Positions 9,216 to 18,580 of a DNA stretch of 64,000 nt are shown piece after piece. Source of the stretch: an uncultured virus (IMG/VR IMGVR_UViG_3300006213_000874) (lineage: Duplodnaviria > Heunggongvirae > Uroviricota > Caudoviricetes); IMG/VR virus record IMGVR_UViG_3300006213_000874; one strand, written 5' to 3'. A model generated the notes under the pieces. It was not told where the DNA came from and searched no databases. It saw only the letters and a list, made by a program, of their open reading frames with translations. Each line of letters starts with the position of its first letter. Within the stretch, counting starts at the first letter, position 1. A program made the position numbers and the translations under genes.

Positions 9216-10064
9216 ATGCATATCAAGAGAATCCATGAAATGGAAGAAAAGTTGACAGAAATCGCCCTTTGCGAGATTAACAAGGGCATTGAATGTGTCA
9301 ATACCGCCGAAATGGGCGCAGTTATCGACATGATAAAAGATTTGGCTTGTGCCGAAAAAGAGGCAAGAGAAGCCAAAGAAATGGAAAAAGAAGAGGAAGG
9401 TGAAAAGAAAGAAAACGAATACTTTCTGAAAAAGCTGAAAGAAGAATACGGAGAAGAAGAGGGAGAAAAGAGGTTTTACAGCGGACAGCCTAGAAGCCGC
9501 ACGTCTGGTCGGTTTATGAGGCGCGGAGACGGGCGTAGGAGAGGATATGAGGAGCCACCTTATTATCACACCATGCCAGATTACAGAATGGATTTGGCAG
9601 ATTACAAAGGAAAGACAGCCGAGGAACTTAGGGACTTAGATAGAGCTTCAGGGCGATTATATTTTTCTGAACCTATGGGCGTCAATATGAGCGGTGGAAA
9701 TTCTTCTGTCAGTAACACAAGCTCGGAAAATAGCGGCGGAAATACGAGGTCATATACAGAGGGTTTTGAGGATGGACAGACCAGGGGATATTCCGAAGGA
9801 TATGAACGAGGAAGAAATGACGGAAGAAACTCGCAAAGCAGAGATAGGCGTGAGGGGCGTTCAGGGCAGTCCAGACGCGGATATATGGAAACTAAAGAAG
9901 CACGCAAAGAAAATACACCAGAAAACAAGCAGTACCGAATGAAAGAATTGGAAACATACGCAAAGGAATTGACCGAAGACGTAGTTGACATGATTGCAGA
10001 CGCTACGCCGGAGGAGCGTTCTCTTATGAAGCAGAAAATGCAGGTGCTTTTGCAAAAACTGTAA
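9216..10064 (+). CDS. Charged phage protein with GYxEG repeats
   Basis: GGAGG RBS; 282 aa; YTEGFEDG/YSEGYERG. Confidence 0.8.
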   Translation: MHIKRIHEMEEKLTEIALCEINKGIECVNTAEMGAVIDMIKDLACAEKEAREAKEMEKEEEGEKKENEYFLKKLKEEYGEEEGEKRFYSGQPRSRTSGRFMRRGDGRRRGYEEPPYYHTMPDYRMDLADYKGKTAEELRDLDRASGRLYFSEPMGVNMSGGNSSVSNTSSENSGGNTRSYTEGFEDGQTRGYSEGYERGRNDGRNSQSRDRREGRSGQSRRGYMETKEARKENTPENKQYRMKELETYAKELTEDVVDMIADATPEERSLMKQKMQVLLQKL

Positions 10065-10073
10065 AATAAAGCC

Positions 10074-10116
10074 TTGACTTATGCCTAGATGTATGTTAAA
10101 TTATATCTAGGCATAA
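10074..10116 (+). promoter_or_regulatory. Sigma-A promoter with 12-bp inverted-repeat operator (module A)
   Basis: TTGACT; ttatgcctagat...atctaggcataa. Confidence 0.7.
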
Positions 10117-10132
10117 AAGCGAGGTGGTGAAA

Positions 10133-10318
10133 ATGTCGCCTAGAACTGGCAGACCTATTATCGGGAGCGAGCCGAAAAATCAACAAATTGCATTGAGGGT
10201 AACAGCTACAACAAAGAGGAAATTTCAAGAGTGTTCTGAAATTACCGGAAAAACTCAAACAAATTTGCTTGAAGAAATGGTTGACGACTTGCACGATAGG
10301 TTGACGGAAAAAGAATAG
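10133..10318 (+). CDS. RHH (Arc/CopG-like) repressor, module A
   Basis: MSPRTGRP..IALRV beta strand then two helices. Confidence 0.8.
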   Translation: MSPRTGRPIIGSEPKNQQIALRVTATTKRKFQECSEITGKTQTNLLEEMVDDLHDRLTEKE

Positions 10319-10409
10319 AGCGTTACCGCCCTGAACAAGTGATAAACGCTCTACACCGAGGTTTCCCTCTGATAAATACAATCATATCACAGCGGAGACC
10401 TCTTTTCAA
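10316..10409 (-). ncRNA. Putative antisense sRNA locus with its promoter (module A)
   Basis: Two hairpins; minus-strand TTGAAA-17-TATGAT with extended TG. Confidence 0.55.
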
Positions 10410-10653
10410 GATATTTTTACAAAAGATGAACCCACGCTCATGGGAGAAAGAGGTACATAATAAGAAGAAAAATAATGATAATGCTTTACGCGCTCTCTTC
10501 AATCATTGATGACATTGCATATTTCGTTGTCGGAAATTGCGAGGATTTTCAATGCGAGATTAAAACTCATTGGAGAGAACATTCTATCGGTTAGTATGTT
10601 TTCTGCTGATTTGGGGAGTGGCTACCGCTCCCTTTTGTGATATGGAGGTATTT

Positions 10654-11634
10654 ATGGAAAAGCCAACGCTTAATTGGAGATGTAAAGATATATCTGGGTA
10701 TAGGAAAGGAACGATAACTGTAAAAAATCCAACCGATAGCAGAAGTAAGAACGGATCTATAATATGGGAATGCGAGTGTGAGTGCGGAAACAAGGTTTAT
10801 TTAACAAAACAACAAATAGAGAAAAATCCTTATTGTGGAAAACGCAATAAAACATATAATTTTATAGATTTTAAAGACAAACAAATAGGTGTTCTTCATG
10901 TTATCGAATATACAGGAGATTCAAAATGGTTATGCGAATGTGAGTGTGGAAATCGGAAAATTGTTCATAGGTCTGTTTTGCGAAAAGGAGCAACATATGC
11001 TTGCTCATGCAATCACAAACTTCATAAATCCGATTGCAATACAACGCATGGAAAGAGCAATACAAGGCTTTATCATGTTTGGTGCGGAATGAAAAACAGA
11101 TGTTACAATAAAAATTTAGATGAATATCACAGATATGGCGGCAGAGGAATAACAATCTGCCCTGAATGGCTGGGGAAGAACGGCTTTCAGAATTTTTGTA
11201 AATGGGCATATGCGAATGGGTACGACGAAAATGCAAAGCGTGGAGATTGTACAATAGACAGAATTAACAATGATGGAAATTATGAACCGTCAAATTGCCG
11301 GTGGGCTACATATATTGAACAAGCCAATAATAGGAGTGACAATCATTTAATAGAGATAAGTGGGGTTGTTAAAGGAATTAAGGATTGGTGCGATGAATAC
11401 GGAATAAAAATCGGAACGTATAAAACGAGAGTTCGCAGAGGAACGGACGATGTTTCTGCTATTACTACGCCAATAAGAAAATTCAGCAAAGATTTAACCG
11501 AAAAAGAGAGAAAAGAAAGAAAACAAAAGAGACTTGAAAGAATTAAAAAATGGCAGGAAGAAAACAAAGATAAAGTTAAAGAATATCAAAGAAAAAGCGA
11601 GGAAAAGAAAAAATCAGAAAAGAAAGCCGATTAG
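10654..11634 (+). CDS. HNH-type homing endonuclease-like protein with WxCxCxCG repeats
   Basis: WECECECGN, WLCECECGN, YGGRGITICPEW, TIDRINNDGNYEPSNCRW. Confidence 0.85.
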   Translation: MEKPTLNWRCKDISGYRKGTITVKNPTDSRSKNGSIIWECECECGNKVYLTKQQIEKNPYCGKRNKTYNFIDFKDKQIGVLHVIEYTGDSKWLCECECGNRKIVHRSVLRKGATYACSCNHKLHKSDCNTTHGKSNTRLYHVWCGMKNRCYNKNLDEYHRYGGRGITICPEWLGKNGFQNFCKWAYANGYDENAKRGDCTIDRINNDGNYEPSNCRWATYIEQANNRSDNHLIEISGVVKGIKDWCDEYGIKIGTYKTRVRRGTDDVSAITTPIRKFSKDLTEKERKERKQKRLERIKKWQEENKDKVKEYQRKSEEKKKSEKKAD

Positions 11635-11672
11635 GGGCAGAAATGCCCCTTTTCTTGAAAGAGGGTGTATCT

Positions 11673-11996
11673 ATGAATTTTATTGTGAATAATCATATAT
11701 GGAAGCTGCAATTCGCAAAAGGCGGCAGCGAAAATCTGCGTAGATCGGACGGCAGTTATACTTTTGGTGCGACGGACAATTCTGTCAAAACAGTTTTTCT
11801 CATGCAGAATATGTCGGATTACATGACGGATAAGGTATTAGTTCACGAATTGTCGCACGTCCATGCGCTAGAGTATGACTATTCAATTCCGCTATGGGTA
11901 GAAGAAATCGTTTGTGATTTCCTAAGTCTGTATGGCAGGAGCGTAGTCTATTTGGCGGATAGTATAATGCCAAAGATTTTAAGGAGGATAGCATGA
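11673..11996 (+). CDS. Small HExxH metallopeptidase-like protein
   Basis: VLVHELSH..EE. Confidence 0.7.
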   Translation: MNFIVNNHIWKLQFAKGGSENLRRSDGSYTFGATDNSVKTVFLMQNMSDYMTDKVLVHELSHVHALEYDYSIPLWVEEIVCDFLSLYGRSVVYLADSIMPKILRRIA

Positions 11997-12448
11997 CAAA
12001 TATAGAGTTACTTAAATACATACAACGCACAAATCCCGAAATGACAATAGAGCATATGATTGAAGAATTATCCAAGTGCCGATATTCGTCGGTTGCACTT
12101 TGTATGGTGTGTGAGAATGATAAAAATGTATTGCAAACCAAAGAATCTATGGTATACTAAACTTGTCTAAGGTTTTAGTGAGCGATTTAGATTTCGCTAT
12201 TCAAATTAAAGGCTTGCGATTTTGCAGGCTTTTTATTATGCCCTGCGACAACGATGAATGGCTCAAATTCGCCTTGAAATTGATTTGATGATAATTTATA
12301 GGTCAAGAGGATAAAACGCCTTAAAACGCAAAATACGAGTTCAGAGAGTGTTTCAGCACTCTTTTTTTAATTTTCTTGAAATTTTCTCTTGACTTTTGTT
12401 GTTAGCTACATTATACTAAACGTAGTTAGCTACAAAGGAGGTGATTGT

Positions 12449-12625
12449 TTGGCTAACGCAAGCAGAGCCGAATACTTTAGGGAACGAAGAAAAACCATGA
12501 AACAGTTTAATGTAATGCTCAAGAGAGAAAAAATTGAAGCATTGGAAGAAAAGATTAAGTCTCAAGGGAAAACAAAGGTTGAGTGGTTCGAGGGAATCGT
12601 TGATAAAGAATTGGGCGAAAAATAA
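12449..12625 (+). CDS. RHH-like regulator, module B
   Basis: GGAGG RBS, TTG start; promoter with gttagctaca repeated twice. Confidence 0.72.
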   Translation: MANASRAEYFRERRKTMKQFNVMLKREKIEALEEKIKSQGKTKVEWFEGIVDKELGEK

Positions 12626-12631
12626 TAAGAA

Positions 12632-12724
12632 TGGAGCAATCAGCTTTTGCAAGGGCTATTGATTGCTCCACAACCCCAAACGGAGTACGCAAATATTATA
12701 GCACTGTGTACCTTTGTTTGGCAA
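12632..12724 (-). ncRNA. Putative antisense sRNA locus (module B)
   Basis: Two hairpins; minus-strand TTGCCA-18-TATAAT with TG extension. Confidence 0.55.
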
Positions 12725-12848
12725 CCAATAAATCAAATGGAGGTATATTTTTATGACATTTTTTAGAAATAAAAATTAGGTATTGACTTTTTGACATTCA
12801 TAAAGTATAGTGTACTTAGTGACATTCAAAAAGTGAGGTGAAAAGCGT

Positions 12849-13010
12849 ATGTCACCAATGGGCAGACCAAAGTCTGACAATCCCAAGTCCGAACAAGTCA
12901 CAGTAAGGCTTGATAAAGAACATTCTGAAATTCTCAAAGAGTATTGCGAGAAAGAGAAAGTTGAAAAAGCAGAAGCCATAAGACGAGGGATAAGAAAATT
13001 AAAAGAGTAG
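12849..13010 (+). CDS. RHH (CopG-like) repressor, module C, 53 aa (not in the ORF track)
   Basis: MSPMGRPKSDNPKSEQVTVRLD...AEAIRRGI; promoter with tgacattca repeated twice. Confidence 0.82.
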   Translation: MSPMGRPKSDNPKSEQVTVRLDKEHSEILKEYCEKEKVEKAEAIRRGIRKLKE

Positions 13011-13106
13011 CCGTTTCAAGTTTGGCGACCAGATACGACTACTCAACGCACCAACCCCATGAGAGATTGATAAATCCATTATATCAGCCTCTTATGGGAA
13101 AATCAA
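13005..13106 (-). ncRNA. Putative antisense sRNA locus (module C)
   Basis: Two hairpins; minus-strand TTGATT-17-TATAAT with TG extension. Confidence 0.58.
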
Positions 13107-13133
13107 TCATTTTTTCTTATAGGAGGATTTTTT

Positions 13134-13361
13134 ATGATGTTTTTTAGAAAGAAAAAGGAACTCAAAGAGAAGTTACAGAGGATTGACAAAGAACTTAAAA
13201 ACCGCACAGCCGAGGTGTCGGACGATATTTGGGATTTAGGGGATTTCCTTATGCTGCTTAATATTGCGGAATATTCCAAACCATTAGGAAAGTCAAAAGC
13301 TATTGTTTACGCCCTTAAAATCGGGTATCTGGCAGGAATGGGTGGTACTGAAAATGAGTAA
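13134..13361 (+). CDS. Hypothetical protein
   Basis: GGAGG RBS; coupled to the next ORF. Confidence 0.65.
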   Translation: MMFFRKKKELKEKLQRIDKELKNRTAEVSDDIWDLGDFLMLLNIAEYSKPLGKSKAIVYALKIGYLAGMGGTENE

Positions 13362-13602
13362 GAATGACATTTTAGACCAAGTTTTTACCGCCACTTGCAA
13401 ACTTGAACTTATGAGAACGGTAATTGAAACGCTTATTAACATGGTTGAGGATAATGGAGATATTAAGACACTAGAGCAGGCTATGAATTTTGCATATATC
13501 CAAGGTACTATTGATGATTTTCTCCATATCACACATGATGGCGTACATTTTGCTATTCAGACATTGAATAGCTTGCAGAAAGGTGGTTCTTCTGATGAAT
13601 GA
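13354..13602 (+). CDS. Hypothetical protein
   Basis: Overlapping start/stop arrangement. Confidence 0.6.
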   Translation: MSKNDILDQVFTATCKLELMRTVIETLINMVEDNGDIKTLEQAMNFAYIQGTIDDFLHITHDGVHFAIQTLNSLQKGGSSDE

Positions 13603-14431
13603 CATTCAAACCGCAACCATGCAGACACCTATTGAAATTGCGTTAGGCATTGATGAAAACGGCATGACAACCGCAAGAAAACTGTATGCGTTTTTGGAGT
13701 TAGAGCCGAAAAATTATTCTCGTTGGTGCAAAAGTAATATTGCCGACAATGAATTTGCTACGGAAAACGAGGATTATAAGGTTTTCGTCATTGATGAAGA
13801 AAACCCTTTAGGCGGTAGACCTACACAAGATTTTAAGCTGACCGCCCACTTTGCAAAGAAACTCTCATGCAAAGGTAATGGAGAACGTGCGGAGCAGGCA
13901 AGGGAATATTTTTCCGCGCTTGATGACAAGGTCAAAGAGGTTGCCATAAACCGTAGCCAGTTATCCCAATCCACACAAGCATTGTTCGGTATCATTGAAA
14001 GCATGGCAAAGCAGGAGTTAGAACAGAAACGCCAAGCGGAGCAATTAAACCGTATTGAGCAAAAACAGGAAGTCATATCTGATACCTTTACCCATACTTC
14101 AACCGACGAAGATTTCAAAGCATGGGTAAATCGCTGTATTGCCAAGATTGCCGAAAGTCCGAATTATGCGAATGGTACTGGCAGGTCGGCAAGGTATCAG
14201 AATGTCCGTACCGAGAGTTACGACAGATTAAGGCAGAAATGGAACTGTAACCTTAATGATAGGGTTGCAAGGGCTAAAGGTCGGGCTTTGGAAAACAAGC
14301 CTAACATTACCAAAAAGGAACTTGATTCCATTAACAAGTTATCCGTCATTTCAGAGGATAAGAGCCTAAAACCTGTCTATGAAACGGTCGTTAAGGAAAT
14401 GATGATTTGCTACTGTGTAAACATTTCTTGA
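13595..14431 (+). CDS. Phage antirepressor (AntA/AntB-like N-terminus)
   Basis: TARKLYAFL..GGRPTQDFKLT..AKKL..AREYF. Confidence 0.85.
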   Translation: MNDIQTATMQTPIEIALGIDENGMTTARKLYAFLELEPKNYSRWCKSNIADNEFATENEDYKVFVIDEENPLGGRPTQDFKLTAHFAKKLSCKGNGERAEQAREYFSALDDKVKEVAINRSQLSQSTQALFGIIESMAKQELEQKRQAEQLNRIEQKQEVISDTFTHTSTDEDFKAWVNRCIAKIAESPNYANGTGRSARYQNVRTESYDRLRQKWNCNLNDRVARAKGRALENKPNITKKELDSINKLSVISEDKSLKPVYETVVKEMMICYCVNIS

Positions 14432-14457
14432 CACGTTCCCAACTCTATACATCATTT

Positions 14458-14486
14458 AGGGCGGTAGTGGTCGGCTACTGCCCTTT
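14458..14486. terminator. Bidirectional terminator
   Basis: agggcggtagt...gctactgccctt between convergent genes. Confidence 0.7.
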
Positions 14487-14582
14487 ATTCTGTTTTCAAG
14501 GTACGGAATTGCGTTAGTCGGATTTGCACCAACTACTAGGCGACTAGCACGCAAATTTATTGGATAGACTGCGGTTGCAGGC

Positions 14583-14726
14583 TTAATCTTTTTTATCTTT
14601 GAAGTGTGATGGCTTTCCGTAAATGTCTTTGCTGTCAACGGTACATTTTTTGCAGTATTTCTTTTTGCTTTTATCACGGTCTTTGTTTAGTTGTCCATAT
14701 TCACAATTCTTGCAATCATATTTCAT
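14583..14726 (-). CDS. 47-aa CxxC/CxxC zinc-finger-like protein
   Basis: GGAGG RBS; MKYDCKNC...YCKKC. Confidence 0.55.
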   Translation of the reverse strand: MKYDCKNCEYGQLNKDRDKSKKKYCKKCTVDSKDIYGKPSHFKDKKD

Positions 14727-14801
14727 TCAAAATCCCTCCATTTCAAAAATTATAATTCCGTTGTGGGTGCGTGTCAAGGCGGAAAGGGCGGTTATACCGC
14801 C

Positions 14802-15062
14802 CTATATCGTGTTGACATATTCCATAACGTGCTTTATGGTCTCATCATGCGATTTTCCTGCCATAAGCCGTTTCGATATCGTTGTAAGTTGTCGGCTGTT
14901 TGCGTCAATAATCTTTTTGAGTGCCTCTGTGGGTATCCTTCCAGTCGATACATACCAAGACAGTGGATAGACGGCATTTTCTGCCTCGTTCGCGCTTAGG
15001 CCGCGTTTCCATAGTCTTGTTACAAGGGCAAACTCTATTTCGTTAAAATATTTTTGCGTCAT
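14802..15062 (-). CDS. Hypothetical protein
   Basis: ORF with RBS, followed by a hairpin. Confidence 0.6.
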   Translation of the reverse strand: MTQKYFNEIEFALVTRLWKRGLSANEAENAVYPLSWYVSTGRIPTEALKKIIDANSRQLTTISKRLMAGKSHDETIKHVMEYVNTI

Positions 15063-15155
15063 ATCCTTTTCTTTCTCCCCTATATCCCTGGGGGCTGGGA
15101 ATTTTATTGACAAATGGCAGTCGGGAGGCTTACGCTCCCTGCGCCGCTGGTCTTC

Positions 15156-15413
15156 CTATGATACAAGATTTAAAATCTCGCTTCTTTTCGTCCGTACCAT
15201 TATACGAGCTGTTTTTTCGTCAATTTGACCGTTTGTCATTTTTACAATCAGATTTGTAACCGCTGTAAATGCGTCAAATTCCGCCTTGTACGCCTCGTCA
15301 AAGGTCTTTTCTTTTTCTTCGTTGGTCGGATCGGCCATCATGGCATCGTCTGCCTTGTTTGCGATTTCCTCCAGTCTTGCAAGTTCTTCCAATCTCTTTT
15401 TTAATTCATTCAT
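15156..15413 (-). CDS. Hypothetical helical protein
   Basis: AAGGTGG RBS; 85 aa. Confidence 0.7.
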   Translation of the reverse strand: MNELKKRLEELARLEEIANKADDAMMADPTNEEKEKTFDEAYKAEFDAFTAVTNLIVKMTNGQIDEKTARIMVRTKRSEILNLVS

Positions 15414-15483
15414 AATTTTTCCACCTTTTAACCTTTCTTTTTATTTTGTTCCAACCCCGGCATTTCTGCCGGACGCTTGCGGC

Positions 15484-15897
15484 CTATTTGCTGTATACTC
15501 CCAAAACCTCTGCTCCGCTGATTATCAACTCGCCCATATCGTTTCCACTCTCGGCATAATCTCCGCCCAAAACGTGGACATTGCCGCCAAAATAGATTTT
15601 AACCTGCTCTATGGATTTTGCGATTGATGCATCGTCTTCGGCATCAAATCCGATTACGCAAGTGCCGTCAAGCTCTCCAGCGTCATAAAATCCTGCGTAA
15701 ATACCATCCTCAATATACGGATAAACCAACTCGCCGTCCTCGTCAAAATCCGGATCCTGGAAAAGCTGGTTGGAATTGCTGGCCGTATCGCCGATATTGT
15801 AGCATATTCCGTCGTCAACCCTCAATCCGTAAAACTCAAAATCTGTACCGCTGATTGCTTTCTTAATGTCATCAATCGTTAATTTTGTCATATCCAT
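15484..15897 (-). CDS. Acidic hypothetical protein
   Basis: GGAGG RBS; upstream minus-strand TTGACA/TATAAT promoter. Confidence 0.75.
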   Translation of the reverse strand: MDMTKLTIDDIKKAISGTDFEFYGLRVDDGICYNIGDTASNSNQLFQDPDFDEDGELVYPYIEDGIYAGFYDAGELDGTCVIGFDAEDDASIAKSIEQVKIYFGGNVHVLGGDYAESGNDMGELIISGAEVLGVYSK

Positions 15898-16058
15898 TCC
15901 CTCCTGTCTGGCTTGTTGTTTGCCTGTTTCTTTAACTGTCTTTATTATATCACTTTCAAAAGAAATGTCAAGCCTTTTTATAACTTTTCTAAGAAATATT
16001 TTTTGTTGACTTTTTCGTCGTTATAATATATATTAGGAAATAGAAAGGAGGCTTTAAA

Positions 16059-16295
16059 ATGCTGAAATACAAATTTAATATGGAAGAAGCGCTGGAGCGT
16101 GCGAAATTTAACACGTACAAAGCAAAGACAACTGGACTTTTAAGCCAAGATACGCTAAAAAAAATAAAGGCAGAAAGTACAGATATTAGCCTTAAAGCAT
16201 TAAATAATTTATGCTTAATTTTAGATATGCCGCCAGGGGCGATTCTGGATTTCGAAATCACAGACAAGGAAAAAGAAGATAGAAAAAAACTTTGA
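16059..16295 (+). CDS. Cro/C1-type HTH regulator
   Basis: ISLKALNNLCLILDMPPGAIL; GGAGG RBS. Confidence 0.82.
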   Translation: MLKYKFNMEEALERAKFNTYKAKTTGLLSQDTLKKIKAESTDISLKALNNLCLILDMPPGAILDFEITDKEKEDRKKL

Positions 16296-16423
16296 TTATT
16301 TTAAAAATATCTCTTTACAAAGTGATAAGAATATGATATTATATAATTGTCAAGAGTGAAACCAAATGACAATAACCGACAAGGCAGAGGGCAAGCGAAG
16401 CCTCAAGGGGAAAGGAGAAAAAC

Positions 16424-16576
16424 ATGAACGAAATGAAAGAATTTGTTGCATACAGCAAAAAGCTTTTAAGGGTACTTAAAAAGATAAAATCAGCATTGCA
16501 GAACAAAGATTATGCAGAGGTTGAAAAGCTGGTTGATGAACTGATTGATGACACCGAGGGCGATATCCAGGCATAA
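16424..16576 (+). CDS. 50-aa helical protein (not in the ORF track)
   Basis: AAGGAG RBS, own promoter upstream and hairpin downstream. Confidence 0.6.
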   Translation: MNEMKEFVAYSKKLLRVLKKIKSALQNKDYAEVEKLVDELIDDTEGDIQA

Positions 16577-16686
16577 CAGAATAAGGGTTCACAGAAAGGG
16601 CGGTCTTGTCACCGCCCCAACTGCTATTATAGGGTATCATATTTTTCTTGTTTCGGCAACTGTAAATTATTGCATGGTGCATTAAA

Positions 16687-16813
16687 AATTCATTTCATAA
16701 TGAATTAAAAATGAATTGCATAATGAATTTCATAATGCATTAATAATGCATTTAATAATTCATTTATAACTGCATTACATAAATGCATTTTTAATGAAGT
16801 TAGTAAATGCATT
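16687..16813. repeat. Array of about 11 AATKMATT octamers with 11-13 bp period
   Basis: AATGAATT/AATGCATT/AATTCATT units read directly. Confidence 0.8.
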
Positions 16814-16841
16814 ATGAACTTTAAGAACGGAGGTTTTATAA

Positions 16842-17498
16842 ATGAGTGGAACGGAACAAAATAAACTTGATAAGTTGAACGCGCGTTATAAGCGTCAAAA
16901 TGACAAGATACAAAAGAATTATGACAGAGTATCGGCAGTTCTTCCAAAGGGCAGTACAGATCGCATAAAAGCGTTAGGGATAAGCACAAATCAGTTTATA
17001 AACAGTGCGGTATCTTCCGAACTGGACAAGCTGGAAAGCGGTAAAAATCCAAAGAGAAAGCCAAAAGAGCCAACGCCTGACAAGGTAAACGGAAAGCCTG
17101 TTTACAGGTTCTGGAGAGAAGATGAATATATCAAGCGTGGCGGTCAGTGGTGGCATGAGGTTGTATTTTTCCATGATGACATGGAACTAAATGACTTGTT
17201 TATTAAATTTCTTGATATTTCGGCAAAGGAAAATGAAAACTATAAAGACGGATGCCGCCTGTGGTTTGATTTGATAAATCCGCAAAGGGAAGTAGGTAAA
17301 ATAAGTGATTTGGAATTATTAAAAATGACAGATGAAGAAATAGGCAAAATCCCTGATGAACTGCTAGAGGAAACCATAGACCAGAACGAGGAATTAAAGG
17401 CGCTTTTGAAAGATTGTGTGTATAATGGCAATTATAAATCGTTGCTTGAATTTATTGGATTTTACGAACTTGTGGAAACGACAAAAGACAATAAATAA
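16842..17498 (+). CDS. Protein with N-terminal Arc-like RHH domain
   Basis: NYDRVSAVLPKG..STNQFINSAV. Confidence 0.72.
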   Translation: MSGTEQNKLDKLNARYKRQNDKIQKNYDRVSAVLPKGSTDRIKALGISTNQFINSAVSSELDKLESGKNPKRKPKEPTPDKVNGKPVYRFWREDEYIKRGGQWWHEVVFFHDDMELNDLFIKFLDISAKENENYKDGCRLWFDLINPQREVGKISDLELLKMTDEEIGKIPDELLEETIDQNEELKALLKDCVYNGNYKSLLEFIGFYELVETTKDNK

Positions 17499-17653
17499 TT
17501 GCATTTACGAAATGCAGTTAATAAGTGATATTAATAATACAAGCCGTCTATATCGCAAGCATAGTCGGCTTAAATTGATATATGGCATATGTTCTTGAAT
17601 GATTGTATTATATGCCATATATCCGCAATATGTCAAGTAGGAGTGCGGCAGAA

Positions 17654-17977
17654 ATGAAGCATGGAAATAAATATTATTTGCAACTAAGCAGGAAGATTTT
17701 CACAGAGGAATACAGCAATTTGTCAAACAACGCAAAATGGCTTTTCGTGGTTTTGAATGAACTGGAACAGGAATTTTGCGGAGATAAAGCAGAGGACTAT
17801 TTTTATCGTTCCAATGAGGAATTGGCGAAAGACTGCAATTTCGGACTGTCAACGCTCAAGAAAGCCAAATCCGATCTATTAAAGACCGATTTAGTCCAGT
17901 CGCGGCAAGGGCATTTTGTAGACGATTTCGGAAAGAAAAGCGAAAAGCATTTTACATACTACCGAATAAAGTCATAA
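17654..17977 (+). CDS. Winged-HTH protein resembling a replication initiator N-terminus (short)
   Basis: LSNNAKWLFVVL..FYRSNEELAKDCNFGLSTLKKAKSDL. Confidence 0.7.
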   Translation: MKHGNKYYLQLSRKIFTEEYSNLSNNAKWLFVVLNELEQEFCGDKAEDYFYRSNEELAKDCNFGLSTLKKAKSDLLKTDLVQSRQGHFVDDFGKKSEKHFTYYRIKS

Positions 17978-17980
17978 TTA

Positions 17981-18054
17981 GCAAAGGCCAATATTTATAC
18001 CATTGCCCAAAGGCCAAAATATAACCCACGGCAAAGGTCAGATTTTAACCCACG
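17981..18054 (+). repeat. Three iteron-like repeats followed by an AT-rich tract
   Basis: CAAAGGYCA-N-ACC at 17982, 18008, 18032. Confidence 0.7.
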
Positions 18055-18580
18055 TATATAAGAACTGTATTTTATATTAAGAATTGGATTATAATTATCT
18101 AAGATTTAGTAAATAACATAGTATTGCTAAAGCAATACGTTGTATATTTATAATATATACAATAAAACATAGCACAGTATATATTATTATCCACAGAGTA
18201 TATTATACCAGTAGTCTATAGCGTACATATAGCCATAGTGTGCAGTGTTAGCCAATACAGTATATATATTCATATATCACAGAATATTAATCCAATACAG
18301 TAAATCTTTGGTCAATAAAGTATAACATACACACATTACCGGTATGTATTAAATTATTATAATACGCGCGCGGATATATATTATATACAGCTTGCAGAAT
18401 ATATGTTCTGTAAATCCACAGTTGACAGATAAATAAATCTATGATATGGTTTTAATAATTTAACAGATTTACTTAACTTTTTTGGATGGAATTGTAGAGG
18501 GAAACTAAAACCCGGAGGTCATGACGCTATCATGGCTTTCTGGGTTATTTTTATTTTTAGGCAGAATGGAGGTGTGGAAA

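Noticed and set aside
4793..11634. Group I introns hosting the HNH genes
   Set aside because: Both endonucleases are intergenic with their own RBS, no split host gene is evident, and no intron core was recognised.
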